Source of the DNA: Trichoplax adhaerens
Taxonomy: Eukaryota > Animalia > Placozoa
Direction of reading: 5' to 3'
Assembly (NCBI RefSeq): GCF_000150275.1
Contig: NW_002060970.1
Coordinates: 483,489-547,488, forward strand
Length of the DNA stretch: 64,000 bases
Shown: positions 13,323-27,646 of the stretch, in pieces
Layout of the letters: each line of letters starts with the position of its first letter
Numbering within the stretch: the first letter of the stretch is position 1
Made by a program: the position numbers and the translations under genes
The notes under the pieces: model-generated
What the model was told of the DNA's origin: nothing
Database searches by the model: none
The model's input: only the letters and a program-made list of their open reading frames with translations

Positions 13323-14396
13323 ATGGACTTTAACTCTACTATAATGTATCTAAACTTTAGCAAAATTCCCGTCGATAGAAATCTAACTACGAAAAATTCC
13401 AATGGCTCTAGTACAATCACATTGGCTGCTTTACCTTTTACGCTCTTTCTCTGCTTTGTCGGTATCGTACTTAACAGCATCATTTGTTACACGATTATTC
13501 GTCGTTCTAGTCTTCATGTTCCTACATATATATTCATATGTAATATGGCAATATCCGATACGCTTGCGTTAGTAGGAGTGATTATTTATTCGTTTATGAC
13601 CGCTATAGCTGCCGGTAACTCCGGGTATTCACAATTTCTTGAAATTGGTTGCAAAGGTTCAATTTACTTACTTATTGTAAGTTTTTCTGTTTCTACTATT
13701 TCGTTAGCAATCATTGGTATAGATCGTTATATTATTATAACCGACCGTAAAAATGGACAAGGTCTTAGTCCGCGACAAAAGTTGAAGATTAAATTAATCA
13801 TATTAACATGCTGGCTATACTCTTTAAGCATTGGCATACCTATCATTTTTTTTCTCTATGTACCACAAGACGGCTCATTTACTTGCGATACTCGAAATTT
13901 CGGTCCAAATTATAACGTTCCATTTATGATGGTATATTATATATTAAACTATGTTATGCCTGTAATTATCATGGTCATTGCATATATAAAAATAGCACGA
14001 TATATACAAGCTAAAACAGCCAGTGCAACAGAAGCAAGTCAAGCCTTCTGCGCTAATCGTAATCACACGAGTAGAATAATTAAAATGATGGTTACGGTAA
14101 CTATATTGTATATGTTATCTTCTTTGCCATATATTATCGTCTTAATAGCATCATCATTTAGTGGATTGTCATTGGTAGGATATATTAATTCGGTTGATTC
14201 TGTCTCGCAATTTATTATACGTTTTGGATTGGTTTTAAGTACAGTTTCCGCCGTGCAAAATCCTATTGTGTACATTTACTACAGCGAATCATTAAGGATT
14301 GCACTGCCAAAATTTAATATTCTTCGAATAACACATTACCGTAGACGAAGCCTATCATCTTCAAATCATGTTCTAGTTCAACCAGCAAGACACTAG
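13323..14396 (+). CDS. Intronless rhodopsin-family 7TM GPCR, 357 aa (orphan)
   Basis: Seven hydrophobic segments, N-terminal NxS/T sequons, NMAISD (TM2), Cys at TM3 and ECL2, DRY, TM4 W, TM5 P...Y, NPIVY. Confidence 0.95.
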   Translation: MDFNSTIMYLNFSKIPVDRNLTTKNSNGSSTITLAALPFTLFLCFVGIVLNSIICYTIIRRSSLHVPTYIFICNMAISDTLALVGVIIYSFMTAIAAGNSGYSQFLEIGCKGSIYLLIVSFSVSTISLAIIGIDRYIIITDRKNGQGLSPRQKLKIKLIILTCWLYSLSIGIPIIFFLYVPQDGSFTCDTRNFGPNYNVPFMMVYYILNYVMPVIIMVIAYIKIARYIQAKTASATEASQAFCANRNHTSRIIKMMVTVTILYMLSSLPYIIVLIASSFSGLSLVGYINSVDSVSQFIIRFGLVLSTVSAVQNPIVYIYYSESLRIALPKFNILRITHYRRRSLSSSNHVLVQPARH

Positions 14397-15066
14397 TCTT
14401 AGTATATTTCTAGTATTGTGATCTCTAACCATTTACTTACATGCTAGTACTTAATTTTTTCTGACTTTTTTAATATTTCAAGTATTATATGTGCAGTTCT
14501 AAAAATTTAAACATTTCACCACTGTTCTAATTCAGCATCATCTACTTCACTAATTATAAGAGAATGATCTCACTTATCTATTTTTAAATTTTGCTCTTAC
14601 TTCCGAGAGGATATTCAATTAATACCGAGTATTGGGGCGACATAAGTACAGTACATTATCGATAAATTTCGCTTTAATATTAATCATCGGCGCAAGCAGA
14701 CATTAACAATACATTAAATACTAATTGTAATATACCGATTTATAGCTGTTACTACGATAAGATTGGGAATCATTTTTATTATTTATTAATGGTTATACTA
14801 CAGACTTTTACTTTGTATTATACTAAAAGACTAATTTGGCCTTTCCTTTCATTTCAATTTACCTGATGACAGCAACATATCTGTACATGATGCTTCTAGT
14901 AGGTTTTAATATCTTATGATGAAATTCTATCTCAATTTCGATAAAAACTATAACGTTGTACTTTAAAGATTGTTAGCTACCGTCTGTAATGTAGTATATT
15001 CAGATTTGACTTAGTTTCTGATAAATCTTGCTTCTATCGTATTAAAATCAGAACATTGTTTAAGAG

Positions 15067-15629
15067 TGTAATTTAACTTAGTATTGTGATTGTAGACTGT
15101 TAGCTATGTTTAGTATAATGTACGGTAGCGTAACTTCTATATTTATCCTGAGAGATATTTGGTAGCTATAACTATAGACTGTAGTGGTATGGACTCTATG
15201 CTAGAGTACAGATCACTACATACAGTAATGTGTTGAGTTACTAATAAGGCAATAGGTAAAAATTGAACTGTAAATCATATATTAGGATATGGTTAATTCA
15301 TTGTACTTTGGCTTATATGAATAATGTCTACGTAAATATTGTAGTCGTATCCATATCGGATTAATGATGGTCCGCAGTAGAGTAGTGTTACTAAGAATAG
15401 TTTAACTATGTGTAAAATAAGGTAAAAGGTTGTCATGCGGATTGTAGCTGTTAATGCTACGAAAAGTATAATAGCATGCAACTTTAGATTATTCTATTAG
15501 TTCGTTCTAAAAGTCTTTAGAAGTAGTATTAGGTTAGAGTAGAGCTGTGTGTAGTTAATCTTTGTATAAGATTCAATAAAGCCCTTGTTTTTCTAAAAAT
15601 TTGGAATTTCGCGATCGATATATATCACA
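15067..15629 (+). mobile_element. Family A solo-LTR-like element (563 bp), reference copy
   Basis: TGTAAT...ATCACA; perfect TSD AAGAG; TATAAT at about 15466 and AATAAA at about 15575. Confidence 0.92.
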
Positions 15630-18600
15630 AAGAGTCTCATTGTCTATTATAGAACTTAAGTCCTCGTTTCCTAGCTAATACCTTCATATCTTACATTTAC
15701 TTTGCCAGATTGAAAACCTTAAGTATTTTAACATCTTTCACTAGCTTATATATCTAACTTGAATATAAAGTAATTTCTGCGGCTAAGTTTTATAATATTA
15801 AAAATCTAGCTAAAATATATGAATTAATTAGTCACAGCTATTGACATCACGACGCTATTTGAACTGAGATAAAACCTAGACCACATTCAAAACCGAAATT
15901 AACTTATTATATAGATCGTTATTGGATTGTGTTCTGGCCTTTCCTTAGAAACTGTTGATAGAATAGCCAAACATTTATACTGCATAAAAATAAATAAATA
16001 GTGTATTCGTAGTACGTTACTGATATATTTATTGACAAGGTAACACTTAGATTAATTTATAAATACGGGTATACGATCTAGATTTAATGATTTATCTTTT
16101 TATAATAACAGTATGGGATTTTTATTTGCTCGAGTATTTCTTGATTACCAAGTCCTACTGTTATTGTTAGTGAAATTGATACTTTGAATATTGTTTTAAG
16201 AACTTAAAACCCTAAGGATAATCTTCAATCCTGTTATATATTTATGCACAAATACATCTAAAGAGTGAATTATACTTCAGATCTCTTTATTTTTAATCTA
16301 TTCCATAAATATATGTGAAAGAAAAAATTTGGCATCCACACTAATACCTGGGATATCATAAATATCAGTGTTTCTATCTTCATACAAACATCAAATGTTA
16401 CCATGTGCTTAATTTTGTTCAAAATGTTAGATATTTAAATACCAATTTTTTAGATATTTGTAACGGTCGATAAATTGAACTAATTTACGACTAAAATCTA
16501 AGCAAGTAATTCATACTGATCGGTAAATTAGAGTAGCATTGTTTACTCCACATTATAGATATGATTTTATTAGTTGCCTATAAATAATTTGTTTAAGATT
16601 ACAAAAGTGAATTCGCGAAAAATAGAGCTAAAGAGTGCACTATGCGGTAAATTTCTGTTTACGTTATTGGCTACTATTAGCACCAGCCTACCGCTACTGC
16701 AATTTAAAGTAACTTCATATATGACTCGTGATCTTAAAATTACTTTATGAATTTCTGTCATCATTACAAATAAAGTCTCTTTCACATTTCGATACCATTT
16801 GATGAGCCAAGATTTCGTTTTGATATTAATAAAGCAACAGCTATAAATATCATCTGAATGACTCCAAGATAGACTTCAGTAAATTGCTATTACTTCAAAT
16901 CCATTACACATTACGCGTTAGTAAGTCTGTGGCGCTTTTCAAATATGGATTTCGAAACATTCAGAGGCTAATTCGTGCTGAAAAGACCATGCAGTTAATA
17001 TTTTTAATATTGGAGTAAAATATTACAGAAGTAAAGCTATTTGGATTAGACCATCACTTTATAAATAACTCTCCTGCTGTTCTCTAGATTACATTTGTTA
17101 TGTTATATATTAATTAAATAAGCTATTCTGAAAGATCTATTCTTTTAGCCGCTTCTATTAGTCATATAGTAAGCATGCATGATTTTTCTTTCATGGAATC
17201 TTGTATCAATTTGATTAGATTATATCTTTTGTCTACTTTATAATCTAGGGCCATTTCTTCAAATAGCATTGAAAAATTTTAATTTTTTATTAATCTTTCA
17301 TAATTTCTAGCTATTATTACGGACTTTGAATCTCACGATACGTAACATAAGTAAATAATGACACTTTTCCTAATCAACTTTGCTAGAACATGATCGGTGT
17401 TTAGTAGCATTTATAAACTCTAAAGAAAGGCTGGCATTTCTTAATTAATAAACACTTTAATCCTGCATGACGTCAATTGCTGATATTAATTACGTATATA
17501 TCAAACAATTTCCAAGATATTCTAAATTATGCAGTACTATGTAAATCAGGTTATTGAAGCTTTGTTGCTAAAATAATTGCACATAATCAAATTCAAACAT
17601 TTCTAAACCATCGCTTCTAACCTTTTTTTGGTGGTATATCAAATCTTTTCTTGGATAAGCTGCAAGGTGTTTATCAACATGATCGTCTAAATATTAATTC
17701 GAGTAATTAGTTTACTCAAATTTATCGATTAAATACTGAAGATAGACCTAATTGCGTGACGTAATATTGTTATTGCAAGTGGAAACATTTGTGTTTTATC
17801 TTTTATAACGACTTACTTGATCACCATTCTTGATGTTAAAATAGAATATGACTCATATCTGACATTCTATATGGCTATATCATATTGTCATTGAACATTT
17901 CTTAGTTGATGATCAAATCATTAATTATTTTCTTCAATTAATGTATCACTATCATTCATATCTCTGAAACGTTACTGAAATGATGCAGAGAAATATTATT
18001 TGACGATCTTGTCAATTCACATTCCATTTCACGATGCAATTATCACAAACTCAGCTTTGTGATCGTCTAAACTTCACTACTAGCTACGTTAGGACTCCTA
18101 TTAATTAAGGAGAAATACCGTGAGTTTGACTAACTACAGACTCATAAGTACTATGAGTGGCTAGAAGGTTGTTTAGCTTTATCAGTTTTATTCTAAGAGT
18201 ACCCGAAAAGTATAGACCTTATCGTACAACAAAGAAATAACAACTACGCCGCGATGCACCATCTGTTCGGCCTTATACACGATCGCCACACGTTGGTGCT
18301 GCAGTACAGAGAAACATGTCTTATATCATTTACTTACATTAGTATGAGAAACAAAGACATGAATCGCAAAATGACTCAGCATAGAGTCCAGTTGTAAACA
18401 ACATTAATTATATTATTCATAACACCTCAAGCTGGATTAAATAAACAAGATTGGTGCTAAGTTAAGACTAGCAGTTAACATCGCCATCGTATTACAATTA
18501 ATTCCGATTTCCATTAATATTTAATGTAAATATGCAATAAACAATTTTAGGAGGATTACAAGCTAACCTACAAAATATAACGAGAGCATCGCACAGCAAT

Positions 18601-18769
18601 TTACCCTATGTCTTCCTTCATTAGTTCATTACATAAAATATTACAGTAAGACCTTAGCATACGGAAAATTCTCTAGAATACTATACTTCACGTTATCTTA
18701 GTATTATAAACTGTCATAGTACAAATTGAAATCGNTCAGTGATTANCAAATAAAAGGCTTTNAATGAGT

Positions 18770-19357
18770 TGTGACGGAGCTCGCTCCGAAATGAATAATA
18801 TTNTGATCTAAAATGTGTAACAATATTATTATGGAGGTTGCCGATCTCGGCAACAACCTAGTTGTTAATTGAGTTTTGTTATTAATTATCCTAGTAATAT
18901 ACAGCGTGGATATGGTGTTAGCAATTAAGATGTCAAGCTGTAAAGATTATTATGTTAGTTAATAAGGTGCTAATTAATAATATTAATTTGTGACAAGTGA
19001 TAAGTAGCACTCGAACTAGTCGAATCTATAGTAAGCCTGTATGGATCTGTATTGCACATTCTATAATTTAATGTGAAAGATTAGTACCGATCTTATTTGT
19101 GTGATATATGAAACTGTATATAAGCTTGATCATTACTTTTTAATCTGAGTTTCACGAAGGCTACGCTAGAGTACACTGGTACTAAGTTGCAATAGCTGGT
19201 AATAAAATATTTAATAACCTAAACCTATCGTTGGACTCGTTGTCTATGGTATAGGAATAAGTTAGTTTTCCTTTACTGAGGATCTCCGGAGTTAGTCGGG
19301 GAACCTTAAGAGTAGATAGACTAGTTTAGGTACGTTCACGAAAGTTGTTTTGTGACA
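18770..19357 (+). mobile_element. Solo-LTR-like element F3 (588 bp)
   Basis: TGTGAC...GTGACA; perfect TSD TGAGT; empty site in the duplicate at about 61944-61948; TATATAA at about 19117 and AATAAA at 19201. Confidence 0.95.
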
Positions 19358-20431
19358 TGAGTAAAATAATTTTGAAATGTTGTCCAGCTTGCTACGTATT
19401 CTTTGCCTAGTGTCGACTTTGAAAGGGCATTAAATCTTTCGTAAAACAATTATAAGGTAATTAAATGGATCAATATAGACTTATTAGGCAGTAACTATAG
19501 CAATTGCGACTCTTATTGAATTAAAAGGCCTATTTCAGTTCATTAAGGTAAACCAATGGATCTCAAATAATATATACCTCAGTACTTCGATCTCCCAAAA
19601 TTTGTGAGGCTGCCGCATAGTTAGCTGGATATGTAAAGGTGATCAAAGATATTTCAAGAGTTTCCTACCTTTTTCAGGTATATATCAAAACGTAAATTTG
19701 GTATCACTTCTAGATTTAAGTCTTTCATATCAAAGTTCGCGATATTTGGCAGGTCTAGTGTGAAAGCAAATTCGTAAATGTTTGAATGATAAAGATTACG
19801 GCAGTACAGTATAGATAAAGCAATAGTTACTTCGCTAAAATGGATAATAACACGAAAATTTGTCTGGACAAATAGCTACAATGCAATAAGACATGATAAG
19901 TCAGTTAATTGAATTAGTTTAGCTAATTATCCATCGGAAAGTCACATCTCATCGCAAATGCTTTTTTAATCTTTAAGTTGGCCTTGCGTAAAATAATGTT
20001 TAAGTTATACATCTTCACTTTACACATTGACTTAATTAAAATCATGTTGTCCTTATTTGCAGTGCCATTATAATGCGACACCGTCAAGTATAGAGTTGAG
20101 AACTATAACACGTGATTTGGATTCGAATGCTAAGTCTTTAAGATTTTTTCCATAAATCTATAAATTATTCAATCACTTTTACTTCATAAATGATTTCTTA
20201 ATGTGATGTTTGCGTCAAATTTTCATTTTCAACAGCAATAACAACAGTGCAATAGCATTTGTTATAATCTTGCAAACATGCACAATGATTGAATTACAAT
20301 TTTAAAGTAAAACTTCCAATTTTTACAATGCCAATCTGTGACAAATAACTTAATCAATTAATTGATTAAGAAATTATAATGCTAGATTTTTATCGTTATA
20401 TTGCTTCTGTAAGCTTTTAGTCTTTATCACC

Positions 20432-21414
20432 TGCGACAAAATCCGATCATGAAAATTCAAATTGGTAGGAAATTAGAGCTTTATTATATCTAATACAAAG
20501 ATTAGTGTAATAAAGTGTCTATCGAAACGCAACGACTTCCACAACTTGAAGGAAAATCACTTTATTACAATAATTACGTCTTCTACCAAGGACTAGATTA
20601 TCTATGGCTGCTCTGTCTTCGGAGATAAAATCTCCTGCTTATATACAATTGTGTACAGAGTATCTTCGTGACACATAAATCATTATCTACCTTAATAAGG
20701 CTAACATCACACCTCTAGCGTACCTGGAGGTGCCAAGCAGTATGACTAATAACTTTTACAATCCGTATTGCAATTACTAATACAAATCCTCATATATTTA
20801 ATCTCACTCTACGATCTAGCACCTATACAAGGGTATCTATCTTAATTAGCCTAGTAATTACGTCATGCACGATATTCACACATACTGTATATAATCTTAA
20901 GCTATATTTGGGCTGCACTACAATTAGCTACACACAGCTCTACTCTAGCCGAATACAACTATTGAAGACCTCTAGAAATAAAAATCAGATATATAATGCC
21001 GCTTGCTTTTATACTCTTCGTAGCCTTCGCAGCTACAATCAGCATAGCAACATTTTACCTTATGTTACACATAATTAAATTATTATTAGTAACTCTATTT
21101 ACAGAAGCCATCATTGGTGTAATATGCAAATGAATACAACATTTGCGAAGACATTATTTCTATTACTCAAAGTAGAATGATCTAATCGTATCCTAAGATT
21201 TGATTTATAGTTCCATTTTTACCTCTAACCTTATTAGAGACTCAACATCTTATTGTATCTAGTCATCTGCACTCTAAGTAGCATAGAGTCTACCATTACA
21301 GTCTGTAAGTATAGGTTACTAAATACATCATAAGATAAATATGGAAACGGCACTACCGTAAATCATACTAGACATGGCTAATAATCTATACTCACAATAC
21401 TAAATTACTTTACA
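20432..21414 (-). mobile_element. Family A element (diverged) carrying nested F4
   Basis: TGCGAC...TTTACA; TSD TCACC / TTACC; uninterrupted twin at 63018-63579. Confidence 0.85.
20506..20922 (-). mobile_element. Solo-LTR-like element F4 (417 bp)
   Basis: TGTAAT...ACTACA; perfect TSD ATTAG; empty site at 63087-63091; minus-strand TATATAA at about 20643. Confidence 0.95.
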
Positions 21415-21509
21415 TTACCACCATATAAGAAATTAAACTAGTTAGATTTCATTATGCATTACATTACAAGCATATTATATTTGAAAATACCCTACTTCAT
21501 TTTAATTTT

Positions 21510-21558
21510 ATGCACGATGGAAGGGGACTTTTATTAAATGTCCCCTTCCATCGTGCAT
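21510..21558. repeat. Palindrome with 19-bp perfect arms
   Basis: ATGCACGATGGAAGGGGAC ... GTCCCCTTCCATCGTGCAT. Confidence 0.95.
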
Positions 21559-22394
21559 TTCTTATAATTTACCCTTCTGAGATAAGGACGAAACTAAGGA
21601 CAGTTTCGTTTACCTTTCAACAACCTATAGATTAATTTATTGACTATAGTAAAATGAGAAGCATTCATACAACAACATTTTATGTTTTAATGTAACTATA
21701 TCATATTATACAGATTTTGTCTTAAGACTAACGTGGAAAACGTTAAAGAATATGCTATTCAGATAAGTTGTTTCAATATTATATTGAAACCATTCCTTGC
21801 AAATTAGTCAAATTTCATAAGCACTTACCATACGCATACTGCTTCTAATTATGTCCTTCAAATTGATTATGATTAATCAGACTATATAAGAATTTTTAGT
21901 TAAATACTCATTTATTTAATCAATTTTAATTTGTTAATCTTGAGACGCATGCATGATAAAGGCATATAATTTAACTTTAATACTAGTATATCTCAAGTTT
22001 AATAATGAAGTTATAAAAAGCAGCCTGCTCATGAAAAGTCAAATGGCTCTGATATTGCATAAACTTATAGACCATTTATCCTTACTCTATTTTCCAGCTA
22101 TACTGGCCTGATAACCTACAACTTTATTATATTATACTGTTGGTTGTCCAAGATTTCATCTTCTGCATAAACTGTACATTTATAACCAATGAGACAATAT
22201 CCCATATGCTACCATAAATAGGACCGATACACAGAATGTATAAATACCCTCCAAATTCCATAGATTAATCCATTTACTTATTTTTCGGATTGTATATTCC
22301 ATAAAACTACCGCAATAAAGTCATTTCGGTATCTACTATTACTAATTTGACGAGAACTACTAATAATTGTAAGTAGCAGCTCACCGGTACATTT

Positions 22395-22600
22395 ATTTCT
22401 TAAAATATATACGGAGAAATATAACCATGAGACCTTGCATATCGTCTAGCAATGTTAATATTAAATATATTAATCCTTAATTTAGTACGCTTTTATGCTC
22501 ATGATTAATTACTTAGTTCTTCTGCCAAAGGCTTAATTTGCAAAGCGATTATCAAGACGAAAAATTATCAAACCAGCATTTCACGTAGCCTTTAATATGG
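22395..22600 (+). pseudogene. GPCR 5' fragment paralogous to 39412
   Basis: Aligns with 39412-39622; ATG lost; ends at FNM, followed by a family-D-like terminus; downstream flank homology resumes at about 22840 (partner about 40817). Confidence 0.8.
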
Positions 22601-23101
22601 TGTCACAAAACAGCTACACGAAAAACTCTGCTATTGTGCCCTTCATCGAATGGATATTATTAATTGCTAAATGAGATAGTAGCTCATCTGCGTGAAAGTA
22701 AATTCGATAGAATGTACAAGTATGTGTGAAAATTAAAAATTCTGGATATCAAATCATCGTTGAAAATGTTATATTGGGCATTTACTTTCGTTAAAATATC
22801 CGCATGTTGATCATCAAATTATTTTTCTTCTTTCTATGCGATCATAAATCTGATCCTAATCTTATTTAATCACTTTATCTTTTACCTGATTAATAGGTAT
22901 ATTTTTGCATTGACTGCTGACATCGCTGACTTAATGATTTATCTCAGGATCTATTCTAAAATACTTGTATGTTAGAGAACGTTTATCATAACTTAATCGC
23001 CCTGGCTGTAATATTTTATCACTCTTACGTACAACCAAGTATTACTGCTCAAACTTTTATCTGACATAAAATGAAGCGATAACTGAATTGAAGCATTCTA
23101 C

Positions 23102-23436
23102 TGTCACAAACTCCCGTGTGACAAGATAACGTTGAGATCGAATCTACGATCTCGCAATACTTCGTACGCCTTCGATTCCCGTTATACTTTTAACCTTAGA
23201 AACTGAGAACTAACTTTTATTAATTTGTCTAATCGTTTAAATAGATTTTATCTACAAGCTTTTACACATCTCTTAGAATACTACTAATCCAACTATAGAT
23301 AAAAATGACCTTTAGCATATCATAATTTAAGTCGTACCGTCTACAATCTATATCTGGTTACGTACTCCTCGGCTTACAATATTATAGTAGCCGCAAAGCA
23401 TGTACTATTTTGGTACGGTGAGTTAGCACCGTGACA
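23102..23436 (-). mobile_element. Solo-LTR-like element F5 (335 bp)
   Basis: TGTCAC...GTGACA; perfect TSD TCTAC; hairpins at both ends; absent from the paralogous region at about 41110. Confidence 0.92.
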
Positions 23437-25024
23437 TCTACAAGCTATATAATTAAAGCTTATTAATCGAAGAGTTAAAGACAGTCATTAATTTAATCCA
23501 ATGAATATATTTCGGCACAGCATCATTATGTAAGCAAAAGTACCGGCGTGAATCAACTTTATTTGAACTTAACTTTTACTGGAATAAGAGATACTTTCAC
23601 TTGTCATCCATTGCTCTTTTATCCTAAGTGTTATAATAAACTGATTTGCACCTGCATAATATGAATTAATTTCCTAGTTTTAATTGATAGAATTCAAGCC
23701 GTTCGTACCTGATATTTAATGTACTACACATTTACCAACTTATCTACCAACTATGACTGACGTCCATTACCCCATTCTGATTATTGATTATTAATTATTT
23801 ACACGTATATCAACGCGTTTAGTCACTCAAATCAATCGGCTGAGGAAATCTTCACTAAAGATCATTTCCTATAAATGGCTTTCTGGCAGATTCTAATAGA
23901 GAAATAATTTCTACATACTTAAGGCAAAATTTCAATAAGCTATAAATCATGAGATTGAGATAAGGTATTACTGCATTTTAAATCTCCAAAGCTTAGAATA
24001 TCATAAACTGTTATGTTGCTTATACATCCTAGCTCTATAGCCTGTGGGTTCTAAGTGCTGCGCGAGAGATGCGTAGCTATCATTGGTACATCAAATGCTT
24101 TTACTGCAAAGAATCTAAAGTCAGAGGCTACAACGGATCGACCTCCTAATTGATACTTTGCAACTTGGAATACTGTCTCGGTCATTGCCAAAGTCGCAAT
24201 TGTGCTATATACTCAAATAAAATATCAAGCTACGAAAGAATTGCATCTCAATCAACGAAAAGACTACATACTGTTAAATTGCTTTCGAAGTAAAGCAAGT
24301 TTATAGAGTTAGTTAAAATGATAGCTTTATGTATGGAAAAGCAAAGATATTGAACGATGGGACCTATTATTAAGAAGAATTTCAATTTTTTTATTGTACA
24401 TTACCTTATTCCAATATTAGATCTTCTTTATTGAATTCTTTTAAGCGCTATTATGACTATTATCTTAATTAATAACTAAATTGTTCCTTTTTCGAAACTC
24501 ATAGACAACATTATCTATATAATCAAAGACTACGCGAGTACGGCTGCCGATTCTATTGATAAGATAGAGTCCGTCTTCATGGTTCAATAATGTCCCTATT
24601 CATTATTAGCATACCCTTTCGTCACTAACAATGGCTGTTATACATTTGTTACTATAGCATTTTGAAACTATACCGACAAATAATTATCCAGTTCAGTGAA
24701 TCTCGAAAAATTAATTTCCTTAATAATCTCTAGCGTATTATCATCTGAGAGGAGCGTTTTATTCGCTAAAATTACTGTAACAATTCTGTAGCATTCTTTA
24801 ACGTTAAATAATTTTCTATGCGTAATTAGCAAATTATGATTAGATTATTACTAAATGAATAGTTAGATCATCTATTTATTTGGTTGTAACATGGGTAAAA
24901 CGTATAACTAAGAGCCATGCAGTATATCTATGAAAATTGGTTCTTTCTAATTTAGCTATCTAAGATATGCAAAGTTTACAAGTATTGAAATTTTTTACAA
25001 GAGATAAATCCCGAAATATCCGAA

Positions 25025-25675
25025 ATGCAATCATAATAGCTGCTTTACCTTTTACACATTTTTTTCTGCTTTGATGGCGTCATACTTAACAGCATCATTC
25101 GCTATACGATTATTCGTGGTTCTAGTCTTCATGTTGCTATATGTATAGTTCATATATATATATGTTCATATGTAATATGGCAAAATCCGATATGCTTGCG
25201 TTAGTAGGAATGATTATTTATTTATTTTTGACCGCTATAACTGTCGGTAATTCCGATTGTTCATTGCTTCTTGAAATTTTCTGCAAAGGTTCAATTTACT
25301 TACTTAATGTAAGTTTCTCTATTTCTGCTATTTCATTATCTAATATCAGTATAGATCGTTATATTATTATAAGCGATCGAAGGACTTTACAAGATCTTTA
25401 TCAACGGTAAAAATGAAGATTAATTATATAAACATGTTGGATATACCCATTAGGCATTGGTATACGTATCATTCCTTTTCTCTTCGTACCTCAAGACGGT
25501 TCATTTAATGTGATATTCGCAATTTCGATCCAAATTATAACGTTCCATTTATGATGGTATATTATATATTAAAATATCATATGCCTTTAATTAATATGGC
25601 CATTACGAATATAAAAATAGTAAGATATATTTACAAGCAAAACAGCCAACGTGATGGAACAAGACAAACTCAGAT
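25025..25675 (+). pseudogene. GPCR pseudogene paralogous to 13323
   Basis: NMAKSD, CKGSIYLL, IDRY and PQDGSF recognisable; N-terminal deletion, frameshifts and stops; runs into a gap; upstream 24280-25020 is homologous to 12545-13322. Confidence 0.9.
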
Positions 25676-26617
25676 NNNNNNNNNNNNNNNNNNNNNNNNN
25701 NNNNNNNNNNNNNNNNNNNNNNNNNATAGAGCATATTGAATTGCGTTTATATGGACCGAATGAAGTGATTTCTCTAAATTTAAACCCATTATCCGGCTCA
25801 TCTTCCTCGCTTTTAAAGCTTCTTATAAGGCAAGAAAAGTTGATTCTCCGATAGCCATAATAAATAATGATTTTAAATGCAGAACTAATCATTTGCTATA
25901 TCTTAAACTAGAGTTTTACTTGATTTTAGCAACTTGAATTTTATATTAATAAAATGCGAAACTAAAGAATAAAAACCCGTTCATTTCACAGAAACTACAA
26001 TCAGTTGCACCAGGCCTGAATATTGTTATTTATTTAATAAATTAAATAATAGTTTAATAAGCTTAAAGATGAAATAGGTATTATGATTAGGAAGCAAACC
26101 AATGCTATTTAGATTAATGGTGTTATCTGTAATACTTATGTATCACTACAATCTCATAAGATTATCTAAATTTGAGAATTGGTATAGATGGCAGATTTAA
26201 AAATCATGATGAAGTATCATTTCAAATTTGCAGCATAAAATATATTGCAATCAAAATTCATTGGTCATGTAGTAATTTCATAACCAGAAAAATTTGCATT
26301 ATGCCTGTTAGAATATTTTATTACAATATTTAACCGTAAAATTAAAATACAATGGTTAAATGCACTATAGAAAAACGCTAAATAATAAGGATAAATGGGT
26401 TGACGTACAATAGGAAGTACGGTACAATAGAGTTAATACTCTGGTTATTTATTTATTATTTCATAAAATTATTTCGTTTTCTTATTTTAGCTTATTATCT
26501 TACCATACCATAGCAATCCTTATTTAATAATAATAGGTGAAAGTCAGATATAAATTTCTCTGATGTAAAATAGTTGTATCACATTTATGCTCCAAGTATA
26601 TAGGTGTAAAAGGAATT

Positions 26618-27646
26618 ATGAATAGATCCACTATCTTAAATTTGGAAAAAACATCCGTAAATCTTTCGGTCTCATTTGGTAATAGAACTAACAGCCCTGT
26701 ATCTTCATCTTTTTCTGCGTTAGTTCTATCAGGGTTGACTTTGTTCGGGCTTATTACCAACGGATTAATTTGTTTGGCTATAACAAAAACGAAAAAACTT
26801 CATACACCAACATTTTATTTAGTCTTTAATATGGCTATATCAGATTGTATATTTCTCGTCTCTGGATTATCAGCAGCATCATTAAATGCCATCTTATCAA
26901 GCAAAACTCTTTCAGTCTTATCCGCATCTATAGCTTGCAAATTAGTCGGTTTTGCCAACGTATGTAGTGTAATTGCATCGACATTAACCCTAAGTGCCAT
27001 CAGTATTGATCGAAATTTTATTTTAACTACGAAAAGTTGTCGAAGAACTCTCTTTAATTCTTACTGGAAATTAGCTATTCTTATTGGATTGATCTGGTCG
27101 ATTGGTACTATTGCAGCAATACCATTTGCAGTCTTGATGACAATTTATCCATCATCGCGAATGTGTGATATCATGAACAGAAGAAGAACTTTTAACGTAA
27201 CTTATTTTATCCTTCTTCTTATAGTAGCCTGCATAATACCGGCGATTATAGTTATGACTAAGTACGCTAAAATAATGAGTGTGCTAGCTAAAGGAATCGA
27301 CAGTCGAAGGACTTTATCGACTTTTGAATTGACTAGAAAGCATCATATTAAACTCATTAAATCGCTGTCTATCGTGACTATAATATTTTTGTCATTAACT
27401 TGTCCTATATTAATCGTTTATATTATCTTTGCTTTTTCTGGTCAAAGTTCATTTAACTACATGCTCAGCCTATCTCAAACTCAAGCTCAAATAATACAAA
27501 TTTGTTTTATTGTTGGATATTTTTCTTGTTTAGCAAATCCAATTATTTACTTTTGTATGAATACAACATTAAGACAAGCTTTAACTTGTAAATTGCAATG
27601 CCGCTGTCGAGTTCAGTCTACTATTCATATGGTACCAGTTTATTAA
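26618..27646 (+). CDS. Intronless rhodopsin-family GPCR, 342 aa
   Basis: 7TM; NMAISD, ACK, SIDRN, TM4 W, NPIIY. Confidence 0.95.
   Translation: MNRSTILNLEKTSVNLSVSFGNRTNSPVSSSFSALVLSGLTLFGLITNGLICLAITKTKKLHTPTFYLVFNMAISDCIFLVSGLSAASLNAILSSKTLSVLSASIACKLVGFANVCSVIASTLTLSAISIDRNFILTTKSCRRTLFNSYWKLAILIGLIWSIGTIAAIPFAVLMTIYPSSRMCDIMNRRRTFNVTYFILLLIVACIIPAIIVMTKYAKIMSVLAKGIDSRRTLSTFELTRKHHIKLIKSLSIVTIIFLSLTCPILIVYIIFAFSGQSSFNYMLSLSQTQAQIIQICFIVGYFSCLANPIIYFCMNTTLRQALTCKLQCRCRVQSTIHMVPVY

Larger units (their letters stand above)
14976..21831 (+). repeat. Segmental duplication copy 1 (partner 57544-64000+)
   Basis: Colinear and near-identical, apart from three element insertions and small indels. 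Confidence 0.95.

Noticed and set aside
16570-16785. 71-aa ORF duplicated at 59127
   Set aside because: Repeated only because of the segmental duplication; no recognisable motif.
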